Below are positions 38,010-52,700 of a stretch of DNA of 64,000 bases, in pieces. How positions within the stretch are numbered: position 1 is the first letter of the stretch; the number at the start of each line of letters is the position of its first letter. The notes beneath the pieces are model-generated. The model did not search any database. It was not told the DNA's origin and saw nothing but the letters and a program-made list of their open reading frames with translations. Location of the stretch: contig JAHLWZ010000424.1 of assembly GCA_020536535.1 (NCBI GenBank), positions 1-64,000 of the forward strand, written 5' to 3'. Origin of the DNA: Pelomyxa schiedti (Eukaryota; Protista; Evosea). The position numbers were made by a program, and so were the translations under genes.

Positions 38010-39697
38010 TTATAGGCTCGACGATGCCGAAGTGCTGTCAGGCGACAGCGAGCACTCCGGGGATGCGGCGGCAGTGAGGGGTGTATCACAGGCTCCAAAG
38101 GCCACAAGCTTGGCTGCGTCGTATTCTCGCCATCTTTTCAGAGTGTAGGGAAGGTAGGCAAACGTGGTGTCGTCGTTGACGCCGTTTTGCACGACGCCCC
38201 AGACTCCCCACAGCAAGTGGGATAGCTGTGTATTGGAGGAATTAGTTGGAGTTGGTTGAAAGGGGGTGAGGGTTACCAGAGTAAATTTGTACACATCACT
38301 GCACGCTTGCTGCACTTCTTCCGGGGGTATTTCATCAACTATACTGCATGAGTTTCTTGTTTGCTTCAAAGCGGTTACCTTGTCTAAGTGCTTGCAGATA
38401 GGAGGTCAAAAATGTCTTCTGGGAGTGAATAGAGGGATAACCTCCACTCCTTACTAGCCCTGATGAAAATAAACCATAGATAAATAAAGGAGTGGGGAAA
38501 TAGACCGCCATATTCACAAAAGTGGTTGGCAATATCGAAATATGTATAGTTGTACCAGCTGTACTCCAGGTCGATAAACGTTATATTACCTGTCCATGGT
38601 CACGGGAATTTGGGTAATATCATCTTACCTGAATTTTCGTCTAAAACAATGTTTAATGCTTGGCAATCGTTGTGACAAAGAGCGACTGGATACCTTCCAG
38701 GTGCCCCCAATTGCGTTTTAACAAAGTTCACCTAGTTGGCACGTTCATATCGCTTAAAATTTTTTTAAAAAACGAGTACCTCAGCTTCTAGATGTTGCAA
38801 GTTAATGCCTGGCACAGGGGGTAGGTTCTTGGGAACTGTAATATGATTTAAAAACGGAATACACTGCATCCATTCAAACAAACACCTACATAAAAAATTA
38901 TGCAGTCTTGCCCCAATAAAAAAAGGGGGAGGAAAAATTAAAAATAGAAGTGGCACGAACTTAGAGAAACCCAGGAGTCGAGAATGTCCCAGAAATGTGT
39001 TTTAACTGGTCCAAGGACTTGTGTAGCTGAAAGACTGTGTAACCGAGCCAGGTGCTTTGCAATTTGTACAGCATAAGTGGTTAGCTCTACTGCCATGAGA
39101 TAAAAGATAAGCAGAGAAAGAGGGTACCCGATGTGTTAAGAGTTCTACCCACTACATAAGTAGATACTGCGCCGTTGGTAAATTGACCATGTATTTTAGG
39201 GGCGATTCCGTGTGAGCCTAAAAAGCGACCTATCTGATGAATGTTAGAAACGTTATTACGGTAAATGCAATCGCACCGTAAGCTCCAGGTTACGATCAAT
39301 AAGGAAATGAGTACCCTTCCCGAACACTCGGATAACCACTTTAAAGCCGTCTTTCCCGCTGCACTTCCAAACTGAATTTGTGCGTTCAATTAGCCCTCTA
39401 CGTCGAAATGGGGAGCTTGTGTCAAGAGATAAAACCTGCGTTGGTTGTTCCTTGAGTCAATCTCTCGAGCGCAAAGAACGACGAATCGCTACACCGCGGA
39501 GACTCGTAAGACCCAGATCTGAATCGCTCCCAAAACGGACAACACCACACGGCCGCTCCCAGGACCGCCTCAGTACTCCGAGAGTCCACACTGGCCTCGC
39601 ATCTTATGAAGTCGCCGTCCGTTTTCTCGCTTTCTCCCCCTCCCCAAGCACTCTGCGCCGCCTCGAACCTCGCGCCCACCACCGTTGCACTGTCCAT
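38010..39697 (-). CDS. Choline/ethanolamine kinase
   Basis: LTQGTTN, GIAPKIHGQFTNG, LARLH, LCHNDCQALNI (Brenner motif), FIDLEYSWYNYTYFDIANHFCEYGG, HLLWGVWGVVQ. Confidence 0.88.
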
Positions 39698-39928
39698 TTA
39701 TTTTTCAGATTGTAGGTAAATGAGCTGAGTTAATGTAATCTCCTGACTTTCGGCCCGTTTGACATGTGCGCAGGTAAATTTAAAAAAATGTGGACATGTT
39801 GGGGCAACTCTCCCCAAGATCCACTTGTTGTGAGCCGTAATTCCGGGACAAGCAACTAATGCGGCCAAAAATGGTTGTTTTTTTTTGTTTTTTTTTGGTT
39901 GGTGCTTGTGTTGTGGGTGTTGTACACA

Positions 39929-40987
39929 TCAAGGAGTAATTCTGGTCCAGGTATAGGACGTCCCATTCATGGTAACTTGGCCAATGCCGTAAAGGTGGTA
40001 TAAGAAGATGGGTGTGGAGAGACGGGACACCCTGAGGGGAATAAGTTTGGCGAATGGTGATAGAGGTTGGTTCTTAATACCTGCTGAGTATGGAGTTACG
40101 TGTCGCGCGAGATTGGGCAATGTCCGCATCAAAGCTTGGAGCCCAGTTACAGTGTTCAATTTGAAGCTCGGTGTGAAGCATATCACCCAAGCACAGCAGC
40201 TCCTTGCCATTGAAGAAAAGCTGGACCCCGATGTGACCCTTTGTATGTCCGGGAGCCGCAAAAGCGGCAATGCCAGGTACAATGGAGTTGGTGATGGGCT
40301 CCGAACTTGGTGGAAGTGGTGAAGGATTGAGCAGGGTCATACGTGAACGAATGAAATGTCCGTACGGCTCTGCCATAGAACCCAGCTTTATATCATAAAA
40401 TTAATAGGAAATGAGGAGGGACGCGGTGTACTGTAGATGACGCAGTGTACTCCTTCTCAGAAAGGTAGAAGTGCGCGTTTGGGAAGTGCACGGCCCCTGC
40501 CGCCTGCAAATAAATCAGTTCGAAACGAAGCAATCAGTAGGATTACATGATCCGCATGCAAATGTGTGAGTATGATAATATCAACAGCCGCGGGATCGAA
40601 TCCAGCCTTCACAATGTTCCGAGCCAATTTTCCAACACGAGGGAAACCAGTCTTTGTTGCTAGTTCTCCCATGCCGCAGTCAATGAGCACAAGGTGCGCC
40701 GGCCTGAGATCGACAATCACGCAGCCCAGACGCAGAGGCAGATCTGCAAAGTCCTTTGATGCTGGGTACCCGTACTTTATCAATGCCCTGTCCAGATCTG
40801 CAGTTGTAGGAGCCGCAGGATCTTGATCGCCGATACGGCCAGTGAAGAATGCCTCAGGAGAAAGATGAACAGTTCTGGAGTACGTTGCAACACCGTCGCT
40901 AACAACTGTGATACTAGTGCCCCCAACGCTAAACGAGATCCAAGTGTCATCATCCATTGCCGTGTTAGTACTAGTCGTAGTAGCCAT
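39929..40987 (-). CDS. Metallo-beta-lactamase-fold hydrolase (methyl-parathion hydrolase/AHL-lactonase-like subgroup)
   Basis: VVSDG, LIDCGMG, LTHLHADH, APGHTKGH, LGDMLH, FDAD, YHLYGIG. Confidence 0.85.
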
Positions 40988-41399
40988 TAGTGACCAGCAA
41001 CGTGTCCCCGAAACAGAATAAAAAATGCAAGTACTGCATTATTTCTTCACAAAGTGCCAATGTGTCAAATCAAATTGGCCCCAAACGGCCACAAATCCAC
41101 GGTCTAAGATCCAGATCTTCAGAGTACCGCAGATCTGCGAGGGCCACCCTTTGCATTGGAGGAAAATGCGAACAAATCAACAGTACGACGTCTGCGCACG
41201 TAACGGTTGCATAAATCATCACATGATGAACGTAAATCAATACTCGAGACAAGGGAACGGCAGATCTGGTTAACACAAAAAACGAACGATTTTTTTGTAC
41301 GAAAGGTCTTTTGGGGTAATAAACTCGAGCGACACCGCAAAACAAATAATAATAATAAAAAAAATTCAAAAACGTAAAGGAGGTGGCAGGTAATACGAG

Positions 41400-43631
41400 A
41401 TGAGAGATGCCGAGCCTGAAGATCCAAAGAACAACTTCGTGTATAGGGCCTTGTATCGTAACAGTAGTTTGGTAGCACGGGTGGAAGAGACTGACTCCGT
41501 GGTGTGTCTCCCACCAACTGCAATTCTCAAGACAATAGTTCCTACTAGTGACACTCTTGGTGAGTTGTTTTTGTTTTTGTTGCTTTTGTTCTACTTTTGT
41601 TTCTTTGGTTACCTTCGTTCATGTGTTTTTGTTTTGCTCTTGGTAGTTAGTTAATTGCTTAACAATCAGAGTCACACATCTTATTTCCATCACGGATGTT
41701 TCTGGGGAGGTACACGACAGCTAATGGGAGAGATGCCATTATAGAACGTGGTGTTGTAACAGTCTCTTCTTCAAAAGAAGAACCTGACCGCCCTGAGGGC
41801 AGTAAAACCCTTCACGCACAACAATCCACCACCACACCAAATGCACTTCCAGTCCCCCAACAACCAAGTCGGGGGCAAAGCACTACCACTACCACTACTA
41901 CTGCCGCTCAGCCGGCCGCACCGGACAAGACAAATTCTATTTCTGCCCGAGTCATAGCTGAAGAAATACATTATCACAAGAACAACAAAGCAACAAGGAT
42001 GCTCTCTATTGATGGCTTACTGTGTGTTGCACAACTTGTAAGATACTTTTCAACTTTCCACTTTCCCATATTGTATAGAACTCCGAACCTTCAGACACCT
42101 CAAAACCGTTGGCGATACCTTCCACATTTAACCAGTGAGTAGTGCCTACAAAGACTAACTTATGTAACTCTGTTAGGTGTAAAGAATTTTTTGAGGGTGA
42201 ACAGGTCAACACGATAGTTTTGCAGAAAATACAGAGGCTTATACACGATTTCAATACAAGCTATTTGATACCTATCCAGAAGGAATTTGCCCCAGAAACT
42301 ATCCAAAAAGTGAAGGAACTGTTGGAAATGGCAACTACTGTGAGTGGTGGGTTGTGCTGGTGTTCGTTCTCGCCATTTCCCCCATTCTTTCACTGTTTTG
42401 ATGTGCAAATATACGATTTCTAATTTCCTTTCTTTTTGCAAGTAGAATTTGTCCTGTGTGAATCCGGACCTCAAACGCCGGCATAATCACGGAACACCTG
42501 AACAAGTAACCGAACTGATTCTTGCCATTGAAAGGTTGTAGGATTTTCTAATCTTCTAAATTAACTTTTACCAGTTTTGTAATGGGGCAGATCCATCCTA
42601 CAGTATGGCCGAAGGTAAATGCCTGGTACCTATCTGAGAATATCTCTCTTCATGCCAGGACATCTAATTTAACTCTGTGCTCCCAAATTGAGAAAAAGGC
42701 AGGACCAACTGACCTTATTCTAAAATGTAACTTGGAAAATAGATTGGGTTCCGCACGGACCTTGCACCAATTGTTCCAGTTGGCAAAGCCGTTCTGGAGG
42801 ATATAGTGACACTAAGCTCCCCCTTTGAGATGTTGAATGCTCTACAAGACTTTCAAGATTGCTATACATGTTACTTAAACTCTGGGCAGTTTTCTGCCAA
42901 ATTTGCTTCTCGATGTAGACACTTTCTCTTTCCTCAATACAAATCTCACAACGACTTAGTCCCAGTCCCAACCAACTCCACACCAAGGGAAGCAATGAGT
43001 GCTGACGCATTACTCCCTCTTATTATTGTATTGGTGTTGCGGGCCAATTTACCCACTTTGTACTCCTCTTTAATTTTTATGGAGAATTTCACTTGCGCGG
43101 ATCTCTCAGTGAATAATATGGGGTATCAACACCGTTCACCTCCTGCAACTAATAAGTTCCAGATACAATCTTGCGAACTTACGAGCAGCCATGGAGTACA
43201 TCATGTCCGAAGGGAATGATGACCCTCAAATTTCCGAGGCCATTTCCAAGCGACTAGCAGAGACCTCGAGAACAATTGCAGCATCACTTTCTAGCACTCC
43301 ACCCCCCTACATCCCATCAATTACTTCAAATAGCACAAGTCCAACAACATCACTTCTGCACACTTCAGCATCCTCACACCCAATCAGCACCAACACAACC
43401 ACACACGCCGCACCAAATACCACCATACCGGACCTTATATCCTCCGCCGTATCTCCAACAAATACCGCCCGGGAAACTAGTCCCGACCCAGTAATCATCA
43501 CACCAAAAGCCATCAGGCCATCAAAAGCACCTGCCAGAGCACCGGATGTTATTAGGGTTCAAGAGGTAACACACTCCCCCTGGGACAGGGTTTCATTTTC
43601 CACACAATCCCGTACCTCCATCAATGAATGA
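41400..43631 (+). CDS. VPS9-domain Rab5-family GEF (Varp/ANKRD27-like N-terminus)
   Basis: N-terminal NNFVYRAL...VVCLP; VPS9 core MSADALLPLIIVLVLRANLPTLYSSLIFMENF; S/T/P-rich tail. The 3' end is approximate. Confidence 0.8.
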
Positions 43632-43733
43632 GCCCAGCACCTGGGGTCATTCCCAATTTTTACATTTTGTTTCTACTATGCACAAAAAAAAACCAAAAAA
43701 CAAAAGACAAAGTTCCCTATTTATTCCACATTC

Positions 43734-46700
43734 CTACCACTGTGACAGACACCAACACAAATGCATGAAGAAGTGCTCAATAGTAAGTGCAGGGAGTGGT
43801 GGGAGCCCCTCTGTGGGAGAGGGACAAGTGAGTGATGAAGTGTCACTGAACAGAACCTCAGAGAAAAGCAACAGACCCATAAGGCGGTTTAGTACCGGCG
43901 CGGGCTGTGTGTCCCGGTTTGCTAGTGCCTGGTTTATGTGTCCCATCCACTCGCTGCGTGGAATCGGACTGGAAAGTCGGGTGAGGTTGTCTCTAAGGCT
44001 AATGTTGTTTTGTTGCAGTAGGGTGTGGGTACAGGGATGTGGATTCTCGGAAGGGAACCGGGACATCCAGCGGAACAGGGTGGATAAAGCCATGTGGTGC
44101 GAGGGAAAATGAACGGCAGTACCCTGTATTGGGCGTCGGTTTTGGAGCGGATTGTGGGAGAGGAAAGGTGGGGGGGAAAAAAACCTGGTATTGTGAGAGA
44201 CTATGTACATTGGAAAGCAGGGAGGCAACGTAGTCAACTGGTACCAGGCCAATCCCGAGTTGTGTTTCAGGTGAAAAGCCAAGTTCCAAAATTCCAGTTA
44301 AAAGTCTGCACATCCAATCTGCTTTATTCCCGATACCGGTTTTTGTTGAAAACCAAATGAATCCAGGTCTGGAATCCGAGTTAACAGGAGCTAAGTCAAA
44401 TGAAGAATGCCTTACCTCAAAATAACTACTGGTAGGCCGGCAGCAGAAGCTTGCCAAACATGCTTTTCTCCACACCACTTCGAGCATTCATATCCAGATG
44501 ACTCTTTGGCAGCTCTAAAACAACAATCACGGGTGTGCTGAGTAAGGAAAATAGTACTGGAGCGCGAGGAGCTGGCCGTTGTGATCTAAAACAGACTCAG
44601 AGGACATGTGAATAAATAGTCGAGATCTTGACATTATTGCAATGGCAAGAAGTTCTCGAGTCCCCGCCACATTCACATTCCTATTTTGTATAAAGAATTG
44701 TGTAAACTTTGGGAAAAAAACCTTAGAGCAGAATATGAGGCAACATGATTCACACCTGCTCCAATGTGATACACGTACTCGAAGGCGCCTTGCCTAACGA
44801 GAGAACTTAAAAGTGAAGGATCAAGCCCTAGTGATTCTTTTTCCAGATCACCTACAAGTACAACAATTCGTTCGAACATCCTGTCGACGATAATAGAATA
44901 GGAATTAAGTGCCTCATTCAAGCGGTTCTTTGCTGTCTCCAAGGAAGAGCCTCGCACAAGACAGTAAAAGGTGAATTCAGGTGAGAAAGTAGACGTAAGA
45001 GAAGCAAGGACATGTGCCCCAACAAACCCAGTTACACCAGTGATAAATACTCCATGGGTGGTAATGGTTTCGTTAGAAACAAAACTAGATCCCAAGTTGT
45101 AAGTTGATGGGGATGGAAGATCCTGCTCAACTTCACTGCTTGGCACGGAACTATCACTACAGCTTATTTTCTCTGATTGAGGGGAAGTACTGCGGAGCCT
45201 CGAGGCAAGGGAAGAAATTGTGGGGGCCATGTATACATCCCTTACAGTTACGTGAAGGCCATTAGCACTCAGAACATGTACCAATTTCATTGTAAGAAGA
45301 GAGGTGCCACCATAATGGAAGAAGTTGCTGTTGCTGTCCCCCTGGAATGCTCCAAGTACCACCTTCCAGGCATCATAAATCGTTCTCTCTTCCTTTGTAT
45401 TAAAAAGGGGTGTGCAGTGATTACTTAAATCCTTGGAATGGTGTGGTGGAGGGAGTGCCTTCCGGTTGAGCTTCCCTGTGGTTGTAAGGGGAAAATTATC
45501 CAGAAAAGTAAATGTGCTTGGAACCATATACCCAGGAATTCTTTCTTGAAGGTGTTGTTGGAGCTCCTCTTTTAAGGTGCTATGCGATCTTGATGTTGTA
45601 TGGCAAGGCACAACGTAAGCTGCAATGTATTTAATACCGTTATTGTCTTCGAATGGAATAGCCAAGGCAGAGGAAACATAAGGGTGAGAAGTTAAAACAG
45701 ATTCAATTTCCCCCAGTTCGATTCTCTGCCCACTTAGTTTTATTTGGTAGTCCAGTCTTCCACAAAAGGAAATGGTCCCATCGTTCAGATACCTTGCCAG
45801 GTCTCCGCTTCTGTACAACTTGCTATTGTTGTTCATGGGATTTGTAATGAACTTCTGAGCTGTAAGCTCCGGACGCTTTAAGTATTCCCTTCCCACAGCA
45901 ATTCCTCCAAGACAAATTTCCCCAATCGCACCTATTGGGACTGGTTTCAAATTCTTATCAACAATGAACACCTTTACATTGCATATAGGTGTGCCAATCG
46001 GAACACAAGTGGTAGGCAAATCTTGCTTTTTTGCGGTTGGATTCACATCGTAGACACATGTTTCTACTGATGCCTCAGTAGGACCGTATGTATTAAACAG
46101 TTTGACTGTACCAGTGGCGAATCGAAGATAAAACTTTGTCACAGTATCCCAAGGAAGTGAGTCGGCTCCTGTAATTACATATCGCAGGTGTGGTAGATCA
46201 ACGCCTTGAGAGGCCTCGATAAATTCGAGAAGCATTACAGGGACAAGGAAAACAGTGGTAACGTCATTTTCCTTCACAAGAGAGACAAGCGCTTCTGGAT
46301 CTTTGTTTGCACCGTCCGGTGCTATAACACAGCAAGCTCCAACAACCAAAGGCCAGAGAATTTCATCCACTGAAGCATCAAAAAAAACTTCTGAAGAGGC
46401 AAGAAAGCTATCTGTGGGAGTGAACTGGAACTTGTCTTGTAACCACAGAATGTGATTGGTTGTTCCGGCATGCTCGTTAACAGCCGCTTTGGGCTTCCCA
46501 GTCGTGCCGGATGTGAAATAAGCATAAACGGCCTCATTGCCTGTGACGATATTGTGTGGTAGATTCATTTTGAAATTTCCAGCAGGGGCCGTTGAAATAT
46601 CCATCAGGAGAATTTCTTCAATTGTAAAAACAGGGACACCTCGCCAAAATCTATGCTGATCTAAACTGAATTGGGCATTGTCTGTGGGAAAGCAAGTACT

Positions 46701-49700
46701 GAGAAATTTGGTGGCTGCCAAAATTACTTTAGGAGAGAGATCATCCAGGGCGGAATTTAGACGTGAGGAGGGGGAATGAGGGTCAAGGGGCACAAAAGCT
46801 CCCCCAGTTTTGAGTATTCCAAAAATAGTAATAACTATCTCCGGGGATCTGTCAGAAATGATGGGAATAAAGCATTCTTCTCCAACACCAAGCTCTACCA
46901 AAAAATGAGCTATGCGATTTGCGCTTTCATTTAACTGTTCATAGGTCATAGACAAATGGTTATATTTTAGAGCAACGTTAGTAGGTGAACGAGTCGCCCA
47001 CTCTTCAAACATAACATGTACAGGTCTTATATCATGAAACGCTTTTTCAGTATTATTCCAAACGGCTTGTTGGTGGTGTTCCAGTGAAGACAGTACGTTC
47101 ATATCACACACAGTTTGTTCAGGGCAAGATAAAATGCTGGAAACTAGAGTCTCATAATTATGTGCCATTCTTGCAATTGTGTCTTTGTCAAATAACTCTT
47201 TGTCATACTCGAATGCCAGTACTATTTCTCCATCAGACCCTTCATTAGTTTTACTAAACGCTGTCAAGAAGAGGTCACACTTTGCTGTGTTCCCTCCCAA
47301 CAAAGTCAATGGTGTTGATTTGGTCCCATTTAATTCCAGGTCGTGGTTAGTTTCCATTCCAAACATAACTTGAACAAGCGGCTGGAAGTGAATATTTCTC
47401 TCAATTTTGAGAGCTTCGATAACCATATCAAATGGGACATCCTGATAGTTTTGTGCAAGGATCACTTTCAATCTCACACTTTCTAGTACAGTTTTGAACG
47501 TCCAACTTTCATCAATCCTAACTTTAATTGCCAGAGTATTGACAAAAAATCCAATAAGGGCTTCAACACCAGGGTAATGCCTGTTAGCGGTTGCAATACC
47601 AATAACAACTCCCTCACTTGTATCTGATTGCCCGGTATCTCTAGTTTCGAATTGGGGGCTATAGAAATGGAGAAGGATGTGGAACACAGTTAAAAGAGTT
47701 ACAAAAGGAGTGGCACCACATTTTATCCCAAAGTTTATAAGCCGAGATGCAGTATTAGCTGAAAGACAGTGAGAAACGATTCCGGCCCTGTATGTGCGAT
47801 TCGTGGAGCGCGGTCTATCGATTGGTAAGTCTGCTATCTGGGGAGCACATTCAAGTGCTTGCTTCCAGTAATCGAGTTGCTTGGAGAGGTCATTCTGAAG
47901 CCAGTCTCTGTGCCAAAATGCAAAGTCGGCATATTGGAAGGGGAGGGCTGGAGGGAAGTATGAGTTCCCAGACACCAAACCATTGTAAAACCGAGAGAAT
48001 TCCGTCAAAAACAAGTAATCTGACCAAGCATCATAAACTATGTGATGAATATTGAATAAAAGAAGTGTCCTACTACCAGTGAACCTGCATACCAAAACTT
48101 TGAGCAGTGGCCCAGTTTCTAGATTGAAAATGAAAGATAACTCCCGATTGACAATATCCTGAGTTTCGGAGGCATTGTCAATTTGTATTTCTTGGAAAGA
48201 TATTGCACTCGCAGCTTCTTCAGGCTCTTTGATGACTTGCCATACTTCACCTGCTTGTTCAACAAAAGTAGTCCGAAGTATCTCGTGTCTTTTTGTGATA
48301 CATGTGACGGCATCCAGAACAAAATTGAAGGGCAAAGTACCATCCACCCAAAACCCACGTAAGATACAATACTGAGAAGACATGGGAAGAAGTCTATCTA
48401 GAAAATAAATTCTCTGTTGGGAATACGAGAGGGGAATGTGTTTGGGACGCTTATGGGCTGTCAGCTTTGGGAGTTCACTGCATAACTTTTTCATGTGCAA
48501 AAGCTCTATGATTCGTGTTATTGTTCTTCCTTCAAAGAAGTCTTGCAGGTGAACTTCAAGCCCTCTCTCATGAGCACATAATACAATACGCAATGCCAAT
48601 ATTGAATCTCCCCCTATCTGAAAGAAATCACTATGGAGGCCAACATTTGTCCCTTGGGGAAGACACTCCCGCCAACACTGCGCTAGGAGTTGCAACTCTA
48701 CGGAGAAAAAAGAAAGAGTGGAACTAGTATTTTCAGTTGGTTGAGGAATATGCAACTGTGGAGCAGGGAGAAGTTTCCTATCGATTTTCCCTGTTGTTGT
48801 TGTTGGAAATGATTCCATTATGGTAAATGTATTAGGAATCAGGTTAGGTGGGAGTTTGGAAAGGAGATATGTGCTAAGTTCCTGTGCACAATTCTCACGG
48901 ATAGACGTATCTCTGAGCTGGATGTAGGCTGCAATACTAGGTCTACCAGAATCTTCCCTCATAGAAACCACAGCTTGCAATACGTTTTGGTGCTCCTGTA
49001 GTGCAACTTCAATCTCGCCAAGCTCAATTCTTATCCCATGAAACTTTATCTGGAAGTCAATGCGTCCGTGGAATTCAATTTCCCCATTTGGAAGGTATCG
49101 GCCAAGATCACCCGTTTTGTACACCCTGTCATGTGAAAACGCAGTTTGTACATAACTTTTTCTTGTCAGGTCAGGTTGCATTAGATAGCCTGAACCAAGG
49201 GCAGCTCCACCAATATAAATTTCTCCTACTACACCAACGGGTACAAGACTCAGGTAATTATCCAAAATGAAGATCTTCACGTTGCTGATGGGTTTCCCCA
49301 AGGTGACAAAAGAACTTGAGTACTGGTCAGATGCAACACAATCAATCATAGTAACTGCCACAGCAGTTTCAGTTGGGCCATAGACAGAAACGAGGTGCGC
49401 ATCTTTACCAAAAACATCATAGAAATCTTTCACCCAGCTTGAAGGCAATGCCTCCCCACCAGAAAAGAAATAACCATGAAGTGGTGGCACATCAGAGGAG
49501 TATTTCTTTCCTGCATCAATGAACTCTCTCAGTATTGTGGGTACAAAGAAAGTCATGGAAATTTGATTGGAAACAACGGCATCAAGAATCTGCCTTGCAT
49601 CTTGTATGTGGGGAGCAACAACAATAACAGTAGCGCCAACAACCAAGGGCCACATAAATTCTGAGACAGACGAATCAAAAAAGAAGGGTGATTTGAAAAG

Positions 49701-52700
49701 GCTGGCTTGGGTTACGTGCAGTGGGTAGCGACTCTGAAGATACAAAATGAAGTTAAGAATGGCGGAGTGCACATTTACTGCCGCTTTAGGTTTTCCTGTT
49801 GATCCCGACGTAAATAGTGCATAAATTGGATCAGAACCAGTGGCTTGGCTGTGTGGATTCTCAACGCAGAGGGAACGATTCCCTATGATTCCTTGAATTG
49901 ATACAACATTTAATGGAGGGGTAGCTAATGGAATGCAGGAAATGTAAACTTGGTCAGACGCTAGAATGACATCAGAAGACATATCCTCAAGAATAATGGA
50001 GATTCTGGGCTTTCCCCAATGCGGATCGATTGGCACGTAAGCTGCCCCTGCTTTCAGTATTCCCAATATCCCAATCACCATCTCCATTGATCGTACAGCA
50101 ATAAACGGAACGAAAGTTCCTCTCCCAATGCCGGCTGATAGTAAGAAATTGGCTACTTTATTTGCCTCACAGTTAAGGTTACTGTAAGTCATTTGTTGTT
50201 GCTCAAATTTGAGTGCAACCGTGTGTGGTATCCGTGATGCTTGCTCCTCAAAGAGGAGGTGTACAGTCTTTCCATTTTTCAATTCGGAATAGTTCTCGAG
50301 TGTAGTATTCCATATTTCCAGTTGCATTAAATCTACATGTGGCACTATTGGTAGTTGATATACTTTCTGGGCAGAATTGCTTGACACAAGACTTGACACA
50401 AGTTCTGTTAGGCTGTCCCCCATTCTCGAAATTGTGTTTTCGTCAAATATGTCTTGAGCATATTCAAAGTGAAATGTAAAGCTGGAATCTGTTGCGGATA
50501 CACGCAAAGTGAGATCAAACTTGGCTACTTCAGAAGATTCTGCCTCAAGCTGTAGGACCTCATGAATTCCTTGAAGCATGAAGTTGTTGGAAGCAAATGG
50601 TTGCCAATCATCCATCACAAACATCACTTGGACCAATGGTAACGTTTGTAGGTTGCGTCCAACCCCAAGTTGATCTACTATCCAATCAAAAGGAATGTCC
50701 TGCGCATCTTGAGCTTCCAACACCTTCTTTCTCACTTTTTTGATTATTGAATTGAATGGTTTTTCGTCGCATACGCAATGCCATATTGGAAGTGTGTTAG
50801 AAAAAAAGCCGATCAGGTTTTCCACTCCCGGGTAGTGTCTGTTTGCTACAGGAATTCCAATCACGATTCCTTCCTGCTCCTCCTTCCATCTATGTGGGCT
50901 ATATCTGTGCAGAAGGAGATGAAAAAGGGAAAGAGTGGTCACAAAGAGGGTGGAATTATAAGGCATGCCAATGGCCCTCAACTTATCTGAAATGGAAGGA
51001 GGTAAATGTTTGTAGTAGTGCCCAGCCTTGTATGTTCTATTTGTTCGTGGTCGGTCAAGAGGAAGTGCTGATACATGTGCAGTGTGTCGAAGAGCCTTTT
51101 GCCAATAGGAAAGTTGTACATTGGTTACAGTGCTCTTGAGCCACTCTCTCTGCCACAAAACAAAATCAGCATACTGATAGGGCAGAGGAAAAAGAGGTTG
51201 TTGGTTTTCACAGGCAGAGTGAAGGGAGTTCAACTCCTTATTATACAGCAGCGATAACTCCTTGAAAAAGACTACCACTGACCAGCCATCCATTATTATA
51301 TGATGCATATTTACAATCAAAAGTAGCTGCTGATTGTCAAGATGACCAATTATCAGGTGAATCAGCGGGCCCTGCAACAAATCAAAGGTGCTCCGTCCTT
51401 TGAAATTGATATAGCAGGTAGCTTTCTCGATTGCATTTCTGTCTCCTCCAGTTATGTCAATCTCTTGGATGTCCATAGACTGGCTACAATTCTCACTAGG
51501 GAGAATGATCAAAAATGGGCCATCTTTATCTTCTCCAAATAATGTTCTTAGAGATTCATGGCGCTGCACAAGCTGTATAAAGGCTGATTTGAGGCAAGTA
51601 CTATTCAGATTGCCTGACATAAGGGCAGCACTTGCTTCGCTGTACTTTGTAGTATTAGGGGAGAGCTTTTCAAGGAAATACAGCCTCTGCTGATTGTAGG
51701 ATAAGGGAAGTCTATCTGGTCGTTGTATTTTTGGGATTGTCTTTAACTTGGGTCTTTCATTGATTGTCACATGAAAAAGATCCTTAAGGGTTGTGGCGCA
51801 ATATACTGATGATGGTGAAACGGGACAATCGAAAATCTGTGCCAGTCTGAGACTATTTGTTAGGAAAAAAGTTCAATTTGAGACCACTTTACCTCGTCGC
51901 AATGAGAAGGGCACTCAAAGAGTTGAGACCCAAATCTAACAAGGGCTTATCAATGGGAATGACCCCTTCTTTAAAGGATAGCACTTCGGAAACCACTTGC
52001 TGCATGACTGAAAGTAAAGAGCTGACAGCTTCACGATACGGTCTTTGAGTCGAATGATTAGGCCTGGGCTCCAGGTTGAACAGGGAGGATGAAATGCCAA
52101 GTTCTTTTACACATAATGTGTGTGTCATGAAGCCTATCCCACCAGGACCAACATCATGCACTTCCACAGACAAGTACACACCAACGGCAGTCCTACATCA
52201 AGGAATCAGCAATAAATCTATGGGGAAAAAAAATACCTCACAATTTCTAACCAGTGTATAGGCTTCATAAAATGAGTAACTAAATTCCAGAAGTCACTGG
52301 ATTCCTGCACAGGTGTTTCTTAGAATAGAAGTGGCGCAAATGGAATTTGGAACCTTTGAGCCTTTACACCCAGCCGAAGCTCTGGAAACCTGCAAGTAGA
52401 GCTATCAATTGACCGGAATGTATCTGTAGGAGTTGTTGTCAGGAACCTGATTTAGGATCGGCTCCTGATAGAATGGAGTATGAAAAGCATTGTGGACAGG
52501 TAAATATTTTGAATCCTGGGGAAAAAGGTCGTGGAGATTTGATAAGGTTTGTGGATGCCCACCAACAACAGAAATCAATGGACTTAGACTAATTGCTTCC
52601 TGGCACGGTTCCATTGGATTTTTGTTAACTGCTGATATGGCTGATATCAAATTTGGAAGTGGAGTCTTGGAAACAAGTAGCATCCAAGGTTCCTTAGATA

